Positions 28,092 through 37,334 are shown, numbered from the stretch's first letter. The stretch is DNA of 64,000 nucleotides from Nitrospirota bacterium (GCA_016180645.1 JACPAV010000015.1:1-64000), one strand, 5' to 3'. Notes: a model not told the origin generated them from the letters alone. Numbers and translations are program-made.

Positions 28092-29246
28092 ATGAGATTC
28101 ACGGCGCTTCAAATCGGGAACTGGCGAAACTTTGAGAAGGCGGAAGTCGAGCTTCAGGACCGCGTGTTCCTGGAGGGGCCGAACGCCTCCGGAAAATCCA
28201 ATCTTCTCGACGTGTTTCGATTTCTGCATGATGTGGTGGCGGTGGGCGGCGGTTTTCAAGAAGCGGTGAGGCGGCGTGGCGGAGTGTCAAGCTTGAGATC
28301 GCTGGCTGCCAGGCGTTACTCGGACATTGTGATCAAGGCATCCCTGGGAACTGACCGGGACAGAACCGCCTGGGAGTACGAGGTGTGCTTTAATCAGGAC
28401 AATACGGCTCAGCCCGGTACCCCTCGGCCACTGATCAAGAAGGAAACGGTGACGCATCACGGCAAAATTCTGCGGAATCGACCCGACGAATCGGACGCTC
28501 AGGACCCGGAGCGACTGACCCAGACGTATCTTGAGCAGGTTCATGCCAACAAAGACTTCCGGGAAGTAGCCGAGTTTTTCAGCACTGTTCGCTACCTGCA
28601 CATCGTTCCCCAATTGGTCCGTGACCCGGATCGTTCGAAGGGAATGAAAGACGACCCCTACGGAGGTGATTTCATCGAACAGATCGCCCGAACTCAGAAA
28701 CGAACTCGCGAAGCATGGCTCCGGCGCATCCAAGACGCATTGCGCGTCGCGGTGCCGCAACTTAAGGAGTTGACACTCCAGCAGGACTCTCGGGGCGTTC
28801 CGCATCTCCAAGGCAGATACGAGCACTGGCGCCCACAGGGCGCGTGGCAGACGGAAGAGTTGTTCTCTGATGGCACATTGAGGCTCATGGGCCTGCTGTG
28901 GGCCGCTTTGGACGGCAGCGGACCTTTGTTGCTGGAAGAACCTGAAATCTCACTCCATCCTGAGGTCGTCCGATACATTCCACAGATGTTTTTCCGACTA
29001 CAGCGAAAATCCGGACGGCAATTTGTCGTAAGTACGCATTCACTCGAGGTGGTGGGAGACGAGGGTGTCGGTGTGGACGAGGTTCTGCTTCTTCAGCCCG
29101 GATCAGAGGGAACGGTCTTGCTCCCGGCGAGTCGCCTGAAAGATGTCAAGTCGCTCCTCGAAGGCGGACTCTCATTGGCCGAGGCAGTGATGCCTCACAC
29201 ACGCCCTGAAAGAGCGGAGCAGCTCCCTCTTCTTGCCGACGAATAA
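28092..29246 (+). CDS. AAA_21-like ABC-family ATPase
   Basis: GPNASGKSN, SDGTLR, LLEEPEISLHP, STHS. Confidence 0.9.
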   Translation: MRFTALQIGNWRNFEKAEVELQDRVFLEGPNASGKSNLLDVFRFLHDVVAVGGGFQEAVRRRGGVSSLRSLAARRYSDIVIKASLGTDRDRTAWEYEVCFNQDNTAQPGTPRPLIKKETVTHHGKILRNRPDESDAQDPERLTQTYLEQVHANKDFREVAEFFSTVRYLHIVPQLVRDPDRSKGMKDDPYGGDFIEQIARTQKRTREAWLRRIQDALRVAVPQLKELTLQQDSRGVPHLQGRYEHWRPQGAWQTEELFSDGTLRLMGLLWAALDGSGPLLLEEPEISLHPEVVRYIPQMFFRLQRKSGRQFVVSTHSLEVVGDEGVGVDEVLLLQPGSEGTVLLPASRLKDVKSLLEGGLSLAEAVMPHTRPERAEQLPLLADE

Positions 29247-29255
29247 CCTTCTCCC

Positions 29256-29858
29256 TTGCCGGTCGTTTTCTCAGGTGCAGTAGAAGGTGTGTTGGACGAA
29301 GCGGTTCTCCGCCGACTTCTCCTGCATATCGGGGCAGGAATTGGACCCATCCATCGAAGGAACGGCAAGGACTCATTGAGACGCAGGGTATCCGCCTTCA
29401 ACAATGCCGCACGGCACTCCCCCTGGATCGTAGTCGTAGACCTGAACCATGAGGCGCACTGCGCTCCGCCGCTGCGAGCATCTTGGCTGCCAAGCCCGGC
29501 TCCAGGAATGTGTTTCCGTGTCGCCGTTCGAGAAATCGAGTCCTGGATCATGGCGGACCGAGCAAGGCTCGCCCGTTACTTGCGGGTCCAGCAGGCTCGG
29601 GTTCCCTCGGACCCGGAGGCGCTCGATGATCCAAAAACAGCGCTGGTTAACCTGGCTCGTACTTCGACCAAGAAAGCCGTCCGGGAAGACATGGTTCCGA
29701 GGCTGGGAAGCGGCAGGAAGATCGGTCCCGCCTATACATCTCGACTGATCGAATTCGTGTCGGACCAGGAACGCGGATGGCGCCCGGACGTGGCAGCGGC
29801 GGGGTCCGACAGCCTGGGAAGATGTCTCAGGTCACTCAGGAATCTTGTCCATTCGTGA
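29256..29858 (+). CDS. DUF4276-like TOPRIM-fold partner of the ATPase
   Basis: AVEGVLDE, VVVDL, AVREIESWIMAD, DPK motifs; directly follows ATPase. Confidence 0.75.
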   Translation: MPVVFSGAVEGVLDEAVLRRLLLHIGAGIGPIHRRNGKDSLRRRVSAFNNAARHSPWIVVVDLNHEAHCAPPLRASWLPSPAPGMCFRVAVREIESWIMADRARLARYLRVQQARVPSDPEALDDPKTALVNLARTSTKKAVREDMVPRLGSGRKIGPAYTSRLIEFVSDQERGWRPDVAAAGSDSLGRCLRSLRNLVHS

Positions 29859-29923
29859 TCGCCGCCGAACTGGACGCCCTCCTCCCCACCCTCCTCGACA
29901 AGGCCTTCCGGGGTGAATTGTGA
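29855..29923 (+). repeat. hsdS 3'-end repeat, copy R3 (orphan; possible 22-aa ORF)
   Basis: GTG-IAAELDALLPTLLDKAFRGEL-TGA; GTGA overlaps the upstream stop. Confidence 0.93.
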
Positions 29924-29952
29924 TTCTCGAGTCCGTCCGCTAGGATGACCCG

Positions 29953-30705
29953 GTGGCAGTCGAAAGAGAAATCTTCCCCAATGCGCCGATTACAGAAGCA
30001 CTGCTGGATGTTCGCGCCAATCTGCCGACCGGCACATCCATCGAGACTCTCGCCGCCTATCACGATTCCATCAGGGCCCGTTACCCGCTCAAACGGGAAA
30101 GGCAGCGGTGGCAAGTCGGTCATGAATTCAGGCCTGCCGGCCCGCCTTCAATTTTGGGGCCGACGGGGGGGCCGGACGGCTACATCTTTGAATCTCAGGA
30201 CAAGAAACAGGCGGTTCAGGCGCGATTGGATGGTTTCACGTTCAACAGGCTGAAACCGTATCATCAATGGGAATCGCTTCGGGAGGAGGCGATGGATCTC
30301 TGGGGTCAATATGTAGAACTTGCGAAACCCACTGCGATCACGCGGCTTGCGCTACGGTACATCAATCGGATCGAAATTCCCTTGCCCGCAGTTGATCTGA
30401 AAGAATACATCCTTACCGGGCCGGAAGTGGCAAGAGGATTGCCTCAGGGGTTGGCCAATTTCTTCATGCGCGTAATGATCCCCAGCCCGGATTCGAGGGC
30501 GACGGCCCTGGTAACGCTGACGATGGAAGTCCCGACAACGGTGGAAGGTCCTTTGCCTTTCATTTTCGATATCGACGTTTTCCATGAGGAGTCCATGGTA
30601 CCGGGAAGCGGTGGAATGCCGAAAGTGCTTGAAAATCTTCACGAATTCAAGAATAATATCTTCTTCGGAAGCATTACGGATAAGTGCAAGAAGCTTTTTA
30701 GATGA
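29953..30705 (+). CDS. TIGR04255-like protein
   Basis: NAPITEALLDVR, Y..WE, RLALRYINRI, FDID, LHEFKNNIFFGSIT. Confidence 0.8.
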   Translation: MAVEREIFPNAPITEALLDVRANLPTGTSIETLAAYHDSIRARYPLKRERQRWQVGHEFRPAGPPSILGPTGGPDGYIFESQDKKQAVQARLDGFTFNRLKPYHQWESLREEAMDLWGQYVELAKPTAITRLALRYINRIEIPLPAVDLKEYILTGPEVARGLPQGLANFFMRVMIPSPDSRATALVTLTMEVPTTVEGPLPFIFDIDVFHEESMVPGSGGMPKVLENLHEFKNNIFFGSITDKCKKLFR

Positions 30706-31187
30706 ACCTGCAGATTGTGGATTCCTCAGGCCACGCTGGGCGTTCTTGGTACGCCCAACCTCCACATGCCATTCTTGTCCATGATTTCTACAATGCCGGC
30801 GGCGCCACCAGCCTCGAGGCGGGGGCCGTCTCTCTGGCCTTGGAGAGAATCGTCGAACACTATGCCGAACCCATTACGAGGAAGCAGAATCCGATTGAGC
30901 AGCGGTTCCGAACCCTTGCCTCAAAATGGAAAGCTGAGACGAAACATCTCTCCTTCATTTCGGCCATGGCTGTTCATCCAGCTTATCAAGGCATAATCGG
31001 CATGGGACCCGCCGTGGTTCCGTACTTGCTGGATGAGTTGGCCCGAGAGCCTGATCACTGGTTTTGGGCGCTCCGGTCCATCACTGGAGTCGATCCCGTT
31101 CCCCCATCCATGCGCGGGCGAGTCCGGGAGATGGCGGCTGCCTGGCTCGATTGGGGCAAACTTCAGGGATATGGCCAGCCGAGGTGA
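30702..31187 (+). CDS. Conserved hypothetical protein
   Basis: HPAYQGIIGMG, PDHWFWALRSITG; ATGA overlap with upstream gene. Confidence 0.75.
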   Translation: MNLQIVDSSGHAGRSWYAQPPHAILVHDFYNAGGATSLEAGAVSLALERIVEHYAEPITRKQNPIEQRFRTLASKWKAETKHLSFISAMAVHPAYQGIIGMGPAVVPYLLDELAREPDHWFWALRSITGVDPVPPSMRGRVREMAAAWLDWGKLQGYGQPR

Positions 31188-31608
31188 CATCGAACAAATC
31201 TTTCCACGCCTGAGGTCCTCCCGGTACGACGTAACGAGTCCGAGGACGATTGAATACAACTGCGTTGCGTGGGCCGCGGGAGACACTCAGCGACGCTGGG
31301 ACCCCGACCCAGATTACTATTGGCCTGAGGGAATTCCGAGGGAATCAACCCTCGTTGCAGTCCAAGCCGTCTTCCTGAATTTGGGGTTTGAAGCCTGTGA
31401 GTCCCCCGACCTGGAATCGGGCTTCGACAAAGTCGCCATCTTCTCCATGCCTCCAAGAATTCCCACCCATGTGGCACGGCAATTGCCCAATGGGAACTGG
31501 ACAAGCAAGTTGGGGGATCTCGAGGACATTGAACATGAATTGAACGGCGTGGAGGGTGAAGAGTACGGGTCAATTAGCCTCATTCTGAAGCGGCCGAAAT
31601 CCAAGTAG
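31171..31608 (+). CDS. Hypothetical protein with papain-like Cys/His signature
   Basis: YNCVAWA...THVAR...WTSKLG; start ATG 31171. Confidence 0.7.
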   Translation: MASRGDIEQIFPRLRSSRYDVTSPRTIEYNCVAWAAGDTQRRWDPDPDYYWPEGIPRESTLVAVQAVFLNLGFEACESPDLESGFDKVAIFSMPPRIPTHVARQLPNGNWTSKLGDLEDIEHELNGVEGEEYGSISLILKRPKSK

Positions 31609-31715
31609 TTTCCCACTCCCGCCCCTCCTGGCTGTAGCGGCATGAGGCATCGCATGGCGCAGCCGATCGGGCGATGGACTAGCCGAAGCTGTCGCGGTAC
31701 GGGTGACGGGTGGAG

Positions 31716-34700
31716 TCAGTTTTCAGGGGCTGGAGGTTTTTCCGGGAGGAGAGTCCGTCTAATGTTCTTGAGGATTTCGGCGGCTGACTCAGCGGGTTGT
31801 TTGCCTTTGGGAAGCGAAGTGACGAGTTCCAAGGGCGGGGCAAGCTTGAACTCCGCAGGCCGGCTCCGGACCAGTCGAACAAGGCTGTCGGGCGGAACCG
31901 GCGAGGTCGGATCAAAATGCAATGTAAGCGTTGATCCCTTCACCACGAGGCGGACGATTCCGAGACGCTTGAGTTCCAGGCGAAGAATCAGCTCATGAAA
32001 GAATCGCGTCGTGTCCTCCGGGAGGGAGCCGAAGCGGTCGATCATCTCCGACCGGATTTCGTCGAGGACCGACTCGTCCCCGGCCCGGGCGCATTTCCGA
32101 TAGAAGTAGATTCGAAGAGGCATATCCTCCACGTAAAATTCCGGGATGGAGCCGCGGTGGGGCAGGCGGATCTCCGGCTCCATTTCGGGCGTCGTGGGCT
32201 GACCCTTCAGCTCCCGCACGGCCTCCTCGATCAGGCGCAGGTAGGTGTGGAATCCCATTCGGGCGATATGGCCTGACTGGTTCTTCCCCAGGACGTCCCC
32301 CCCCCCGCGGATTTCGAGGTCCCGCTTGGCGAGCCGGTATCCCGATCCGAGGCCGCTCTCCTGAACGGCCTCCAGCCGTTTCACGGCTTCGGGTGTCATC
32401 TGGCCCTCGGGAACGATCAAGTAGGCCTTCGCCTGGATGCCGGAACGGCCGACGCGGCCCCGGAGTTGATAGAGCTGGGCGAGACCGAAGTGATCGGCGT
32501 CGAAAACGATGATCGTGTTGGCATTCGGGATATCGAGGCCCGCCTCGATGATCGACGTGGAGAGGAGCACGTCGATGTCTTTCCGAACGAAATCCATCAG
32601 GACTTTTTCCAGTTCGTCCTCCTTCATTTTTCCGTGGGCCACGCCCAGGCGGGCGGAAGGAACCAGCTTTTCCAGATATTCCGCCGTGGCCCAGATGCCT
32701 CGGATGCGCGGGTGGACGCAGAAGACCTGTCCTTCGCGGTCGAGTTCCTCCTCGATCGCGTGGCGGAGGATGGAATCGTCGTGCGGAGCCACGTAGGTCA
32801 TGATGTCTTTCCGCTCCTGGGGCGGTGTGGCGATGGTGGTGAGGTCGCGAATGCCCAGGAGGGCGAGGTGGAGCGTTCGGGGAATCGGCGTGGCGGTCAG
32901 CGTGAGCACGTCGACCTTCTCGCGGATTTTCTTGATTTTCTCCTTGTGGAGCACGCCGAACCGGTGCTCTTCGTCCACGACGAGCAGGCCCAGATCCGGA
33001 AAGGCGATGTCCGCGCTCAGGAGGCGGTGCGTGCCGATGACCATGTCCACCGCCCCTCCGGAGATCTCGCGAACAATGCGTTTCTGCTCCGCCGGAGGTA
33101 CGAATCGGGACAGCATGCGCACCTTGAGCGGGTAGTCCTTGAGGCGTCGCTCGAACGTTTGGAAATGCTGATAGGCGAGGAGGGTGGTGGGCACGAGAAC
33201 GGCCACTTGTTTCCCGTTCATGGCGACATGGAATGCGGCCCGCAAGGCCACTTCGGTCTTGCCGTAGCCTACGTCGCCGCAAACCAGCCGATCCATGGGT
33301 TGTTGGCGGGATAAGTCCTGGTAGACGGCTTCAATGGCTTCTCTCTGATCCGGTGTTTCCTCGTGCGGGAAGGCGGCCTCGAATTCGCGGAGGTAGTCGT
33401 CGGGGGGCGGGAAGGCGTGGCCGGGGAGACTCTCACGCCGGGCGTAGAGAGCGGCCAGTTCCTTGGCGAGGGCCTTCACCTCTTCTTTAAGTTTCTCTTT
33501 CGAGTTGCGCCAGAACGCGGTGCCGAGCCGGTCCAACTTCGGGGTGATCCCCTCGGAGCCTACGTATTTCTCAAGGAGGCTGATCCGGTCCACCGGCAGG
33601 TAGACGATCGCTTCTTCCGCATACTCGATCTTCAGGTACTGAGCTTCCACGCCGTGGATCGTCAATTCGGCGGCGCCGCGAAAGAGGCCGACTCCGTAGT
33701 CCACGTGGACGACAAAGTCGCCCTCTCGCAGGTCTTCGACGGAGATCTCTTCCCGGGGCTTCTTCGACTTGACCTGTTTTAGTCTCGGTACTGGTGCGCC
33801 GAAGACTTCGTGGTCGGGCACCAAGGCGAGGCGAGCCTCTTCCCAGATGAAGCCTTCGTGGAGGCGACGTCGGATCAGGGTGACGGATGCGGGCTCTTCA
33901 CCGGGGCCGGTCAGGGTGGGCAGAACCTCGAAGGGAATCGATTCCCGCGCGAGGATGCTGCGGAGCCTTTCCTCGCGGGCGTCGTCTTCGACGAAGAAAA
34001 CGCATCGCGTTCCGGAGGCGAGAAGATCCCGGACAAATGGGCCAATGGGGTTCGTGGTCCCTTCCGCTCTGCTCCACGGACGATCCCCTTCGCTACGCTT
34101 CGGGGACGACGACAGGAATCGACAAGAGATCTTCGCGTCGCGAGTTGAGGAATCATGAGGCCTCTGCGTCGTTCCTGCCGGTGAAGCGATCCGGGTCCTG
34201 AACGTTTCGACGGCGTGGCGAAGTTCCAGAAGATCCGAGCAGGTGGTGTGCCACTCGCGGCCCGGATCGGCTCCCGGCCTCAGAACTCGCAGGGGTTCAA
34301 AAATCAGCCGGGTGAATCGGTGGAGGGGCTTGTCCAAATCATTTCCGCGCAATTCGTCTTGCTGTGCATCCTCCCCTGCGCTCCGCTTCGGGGACGACGA
34401 ATGGAATGGCCATGAATGAGTTGCGTCGAATCCATCGATCAGCAGCAGCGTGTTCCCCGGAAGGAGATCCACCACGCGCGCTCCGGCGGGGGATTCCTCG
34501 ACTTGCGGTGGGAAGAGGCTGACCTCATCGAGCTTGCGGATGGATCTCTGAGTTTCCGAGTCGAATTCGCGGAGATCGTCCACGGCGTCGCCCGCCAGTT
34601 CGACCCGGACCGGCTGTGAGGAGAGCGGGGGAAAGATATCCACGACGAACCCGCGAACCGCGTAGTCACCACGACGCTCCACGAGCGTTTTCCGGACATA

Positions 34701-35189
34701 GCCGTGGTCTTCCAGGAAGCGCGCGAGTTCTTCGCGATCGGCCACTCCGCCGCGCCGGATGAGGTAGGTGTTTCGGATGAACCAGGAGGGTTCGGGAGGA
34801 CGCCAGGCGAGGGCTTCTTTCGACAGGACCCAAAGGGGAGGAGGATCCGAGGGTTGGACGAGAAGGCGGAGACCCAGTAGATCGAGGCCCGTTCGGTCGC
34901 CGATATCCGAGAGCCGGCGACTGACTCGGGCGGGCGATTCTTCTTCATGGCCCGGAAATGTGGCCAGCGGTGTGGACGAGCCGGCCAGGAGAGTTTGAAG
35001 GTCTCCCAGCCAGCGGGAGACCAGTGGCGGATTCGCCACCAGCACGGCGATCGGTCGTCCAGCCAGTTGCGCCAGGCGGGCAGTAAGGTACGCGCCGGCG
35101 CTTCCCTTGAGTCCGGTGAGGCGGCCATGGCGACCTTTGTCGAATTCCCCTGCGCGGAGCGCGGCGATGAGTTCATCCAGTACCGGCAT
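31716..35189 (-). CDS. mfd: Transcription-repair coupling factor
   Basis: GDYAVRG, VVHVDYGVG, GDVGYGKTE, DEEHRFG, TATPIPRT, QLRGRVGRS, TRCF C-terminus. Confidence 0.96.
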   Translation of the reverse strand: MPVLDELIAALRAGEFDKGRHGRLTGLKGSAGAYLTARLAQLAGRPIAVLVANPPLVSRWLGDLQTLLAGSSTPLATFPGHEEESPARVSRRLSDIGDRTGLDLLGLRLLVQPSDPPPLWVLSKEALAWRPPEPSWFIRNTYLIRRGGVADREELARFLEDHGYVRKTLVERRGDYAVRGFVVDIFPPLSSQPVRVELAGDAVDDLREFDSETQRSIRKLDEVSLFPPQVEESPAGARVVDLLPGNTLLLIDGFDATHSWPFHSSSPKRSAGEDAQQDELRGNDLDKPLHRFTRLIFEPLRVLRPGADPGREWHTTCSDLLELRHAVETFRTRIASPAGTTQRPHDSSTRDAKISCRFLSSSPKRSEGDRPWSRAEGTTNPIGPFVRDLLASGTRCVFFVEDDAREERLRSILARESIPFEVLPTLTGPGEEPASVTLIRRRLHEGFIWEEARLALVPDHEVFGAPVPRLKQVKSKKPREEISVEDLREGDFVVHVDYGVGLFRGAAELTIHGVEAQYLKIEYAEEAIVYLPVDRISLLEKYVGSEGITPKLDRLGTAFWRNSKEKLKEEVKALAKELAALYARRESLPGHAFPPPDDYLREFEAAFPHEETPDQREAIEAVYQDLSRQQPMDRLVCGDVGYGKTEVALRAAFHVAMNGKQVAVLVPTTLLAYQHFQTFERRLKDYPLKVRMLSRFVPPAEQKRIVREISGGAVDMVIGTHRLLSADIAFPDLGLLVVDEEHRFGVLHKEKIKKIREKVDVLTLTATPIPRTLHLALLGIRDLTTIATPPQERKDIMTYVAPHDDSILRHAIEEELDREGQVFCVHPRIRGIWATAEYLEKLVPSARLGVAHGKMKEDELEKVLMDFVRKDIDVLLSTSIIEAGLDIPNANTIIVFDADHFGLAQLYQLRGRVGRSGIQAKAYLIVPEGQMTPEAVKRLEAVQESGLGSGYRLAKRDLEIRGGGDVLGKNQSGHIARMGFHTYLRLIEEAVRELKGQPTTPEMEPEIRLPHRGSIPEFYVEDMPLRIYFYRKCARAGDESVLDEIRSEMIDRFGSLPEDTTRFFHELILRLELKRLGIVRLVVKGSTLTLHFDPTSPVPPDSLVRLVRSRPAEFKLAPPLELVTSLPKGKQPAESAAEILKNIRRTLLPEKPPAPEN
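34085..34400. repeat. Two copies (34085-34112, 34373-34400) of a 28-bp element also at 17083-17110 in thiD
   Basis: Consensus ccccTNcgctNcgcttcgRggacgRcga. Confidence 0.8.
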
Positions 35190-35280
35190 GCGCGGGATTG
35201 TATCGGAGCGGATCGAAGAAACCAGAGGCGGCGGATCCTCACACATTCGTGACTTGACAAGTCCACATTAAGGCGGTATT

Positions 35281-35304
35281 TGTCTACCGATCGGTCGGTA
35301 GGCA
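35281..35304. promoter_or_regulatory. Palindromic TetR-type operator
   Basis: TGTCTACCGA-TCGG-TCGGTAGGCA just upstream of the TetR start; TTGACA at 35254. Confidence 0.7.
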
Positions 35305-35960
35305 TGATCTCGAAGAGGAATTACCGTGAAAGCAAGACCCGCGAGCGGATCATGGAGGTGGCCGAGGCGCTCTTCGCCGACAAAGGGTACTATGGAGCGA
35401 GCCTCGGCAACATGGCGAAGAAAGTGGGCATCGCCAAGGCGTCGCTTCTCCATCATTTCCCGTCGAAAAAAGCATTGTACGAGGCCATTCTCACACGCGG
35501 ATTTGGCGAGTTGGCGAGGGTTCTGGGGGCCACTCTGGAGGGTGAGGGGGACGGGTTCGAAAAACTATCCTCCATGCTGGCGGGCTATTCGCGGTGGCTC
35601 AGGGCGAATCCCCATCGCTGCCGGCTGCTGATGCGCGAGCAACTCGACAATCCGAGGCAGTCGAGGGAGGGCGCTCGAAAGTATGTGGCGCCCATGGTGG
35701 CCAAAGTCGAAGCCTTCGTCGATGAGGCGCAGCGCCGGGGCGAGTTTTCTGGGGTTGACGCCCGCCTGTTGCTGTTCCAAGTCGCGGGTTCGATGACGCA
35801 CTTCGCCCTCGTCCTGCCTTCGATTTCGTTCTTGATGGACGATGGGGGGCGCCGCTCGAACGATGAGATTTGGTCCAACTTTCAATCCCACGTTTTCGAA
35901 ATGGCCCGCAGGGCGCTGACGGCGCCATCGCAAGTTCACGAAGGAGGTTCACATGCCTGA
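35304..35960 (+). CDS. TetR/AcrR family regulator
   Basis: TRERIMEVAEALFADKGY...KASLLHHFPSKKALY. Confidence 0.93.
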   Translation: MISKRNYRESKTRERIMEVAEALFADKGYYGASLGNMAKKVGIAKASLLHHFPSKKALYEAILTRGFGELARVLGATLEGEGDGFEKLSSMLAGYSRWLRANPHRCRLLMREQLDNPRQSREGARKYVAPMVAKVEAFVDEAQRRGEFSGVDARLLLFQVAGSMTHFALVLPSISFLMDDGGRRSNDEIWSNFQSHVFEMARRALTAPSQVHEGGSHA

Positions 35961-36984
35961 ACTGAATCGGCAGGGATCGAATGGGTTCGGCCATCCGAGT
36001 CCCGCGACCGAATCGCTCTTTGCAGAACTCGAAACGATCTACACTTGGAATTACGAGACGGAGAAGCAGGACCTATACAACCTCTACGAGAAAGCCAAGA
36101 AGGAGCAGTGGAACGCCACGACGCAACTGGCGTGGGAGACCGAGGTGATTCCCGGCGAGGAGTACGTGCCGGACATCAACATCCCCATCTATGGCACCCA
36201 TCTGTGGGACAAGCTCACGAAGCAGGAGATACGAAAGCTCAGGAAGGAACAGTTGGCGTGGACGCTGAGCCAGTTCCTTCACGGCGAGCAAGGGGCGCTG
36301 CTCGTCACCGCTCAGATCGTGAACAGTGTTCCGTGGGTCGATGGGAAACTGTATGGATCAACGCAGGTGGTCGATGAGGGCCGCCATGTGGAGGTCTTCA
36401 AGAGGTATCTGACCGAAAAGGTGAGACACCAATACCCAGTCAACGTTCATCTGAAGACGCTGCTCGACACGATCCTCAAGGATACCCGGTGGGATATGAA
36501 GTACCTGGGCATGCAGGTTCTGGTGGAGGGCTTGGCGCTCGCGGCCTTTGCGCTGATTCGCGACTACACCTCCGAGCCTCTCATGAAAGAGATGCTCGCC
36601 TACGTGATGCAGGATGAGGCGAGGCACGTGGCCTTTGGGGTCCTCTCATTGCGCCTGGCCTACGAGGGAATGTCCGACTCAGATCGCAAGATCCGGGAGG
36701 AGTTTGCTTTCGAGGGGTGCCAGCTTATGTACCATCGGTTCCTGGCCGAGGAAGTGGCGGAGTCCATGGGCATGCCGAAAAACGAGTGGATCGAGATTCA
36801 AAAGAATTCGGATGTGATGAAGGAGTTCCGGAAACTGTTATTCTCCCGCGTTGTGCCGATCCTCAAGCGGCTCGATCTTCTGACCGACCGGATGAGGCCG
36901 CACTACGCCGAACTCGGCATTCTCCGCTGGGAAAACGAAAAGACGGGATTGCCCGTCGTAGAGCCGGCGGCGCAGGCTCAGTAG
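35953..36984 (+). CDS. Ferritin-like diiron oxygenase (AurF-like)
   Basis: Paired E...DEGRH and E...DEARH motifs; AGGAGG RBS. Confidence 0.85.
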   Translation: MPELNRQGSNGFGHPSPATESLFAELETIYTWNYETEKQDLYNLYEKAKKEQWNATTQLAWETEVIPGEEYVPDINIPIYGTHLWDKLTKQEIRKLRKEQLAWTLSQFLHGEQGALLVTAQIVNSVPWVDGKLYGSTQVVDEGRHVEVFKRYLTEKVRHQYPVNVHLKTLLDTILKDTRWDMKYLGMQVLVEGLALAAFALIRDYTSEPLMKEMLAYVMQDEARHVAFGVLSLRLAYEGMSDSDRKIREEFAFEGCQLMYHRFLAEEVAESMGMPKNEWIEIQKNSDVMKEFRKLLFSRVVPILKRLDLLTDRMRPHYAELGILRWENEKTGLPVVEPAAQAQ

Positions 36985-37334
36985 TGGTGGATCGCCGGAA
37001 GGGGGAACAGCTTCCGGTCAATCGGATCCACGGAGAGTCCGCAAGCTTCGAGCGTCAGCAATCCGATGAGGACCGCATCCCCCTCCTGGCCTAGAATGAT
37101 GGGGTTGGCGGCGCGTATCCCTTCAAGTTCTACGAGGACATTCGCCACGTGCCGCCGGATCACCCGCCCATCCGCCAGTTCCAACGTAATTTCCCGTTCA
37201 GGCCTGATGCCGGCCGGGAGCGATTTCTTGGGAAGAGTGGTGTAGGTCGCCCCCGTATCGACCAAAGTTTCGATTTCGACGCTTCCGTTTGGGATGAAGC
37301 CGGTGACCTTGATTCTCGCTCGCGTTTCCCCCAT
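36978..37334 (-). CDS. Clan AA retropepsin-like aspartic protease
   Basis: LVDTGAT, LADG, LIGLLTLE. Confidence 0.85.
   Translation of the reverse strand: MGETRARIKVTGFIPNGSVEIETLVDTGATYTTLPKKSLPAGIRPEREITLELADGRVIRRHVANVLVELEGIRAANPIILGQEGDAVLIGLLTLEACGLSVDPIDRKLFPLPAIHHY

Noticed and set aside
27763-29858. Retron interpretation (ncRNA + ATPase + nuclease)
   Set aside because: No reverse transcriptase in the window and no a1/a2 inverted repeats seen.
25830-29923. Repeats R1-R3 as CRISPR repeats, attC sites or an hsdS shufflon
   Set aside because: Kilobase gene-containing spacing, no palindromic attC form, direct rather than inverted orientation, no silent TRDs and no recombinase in the window.
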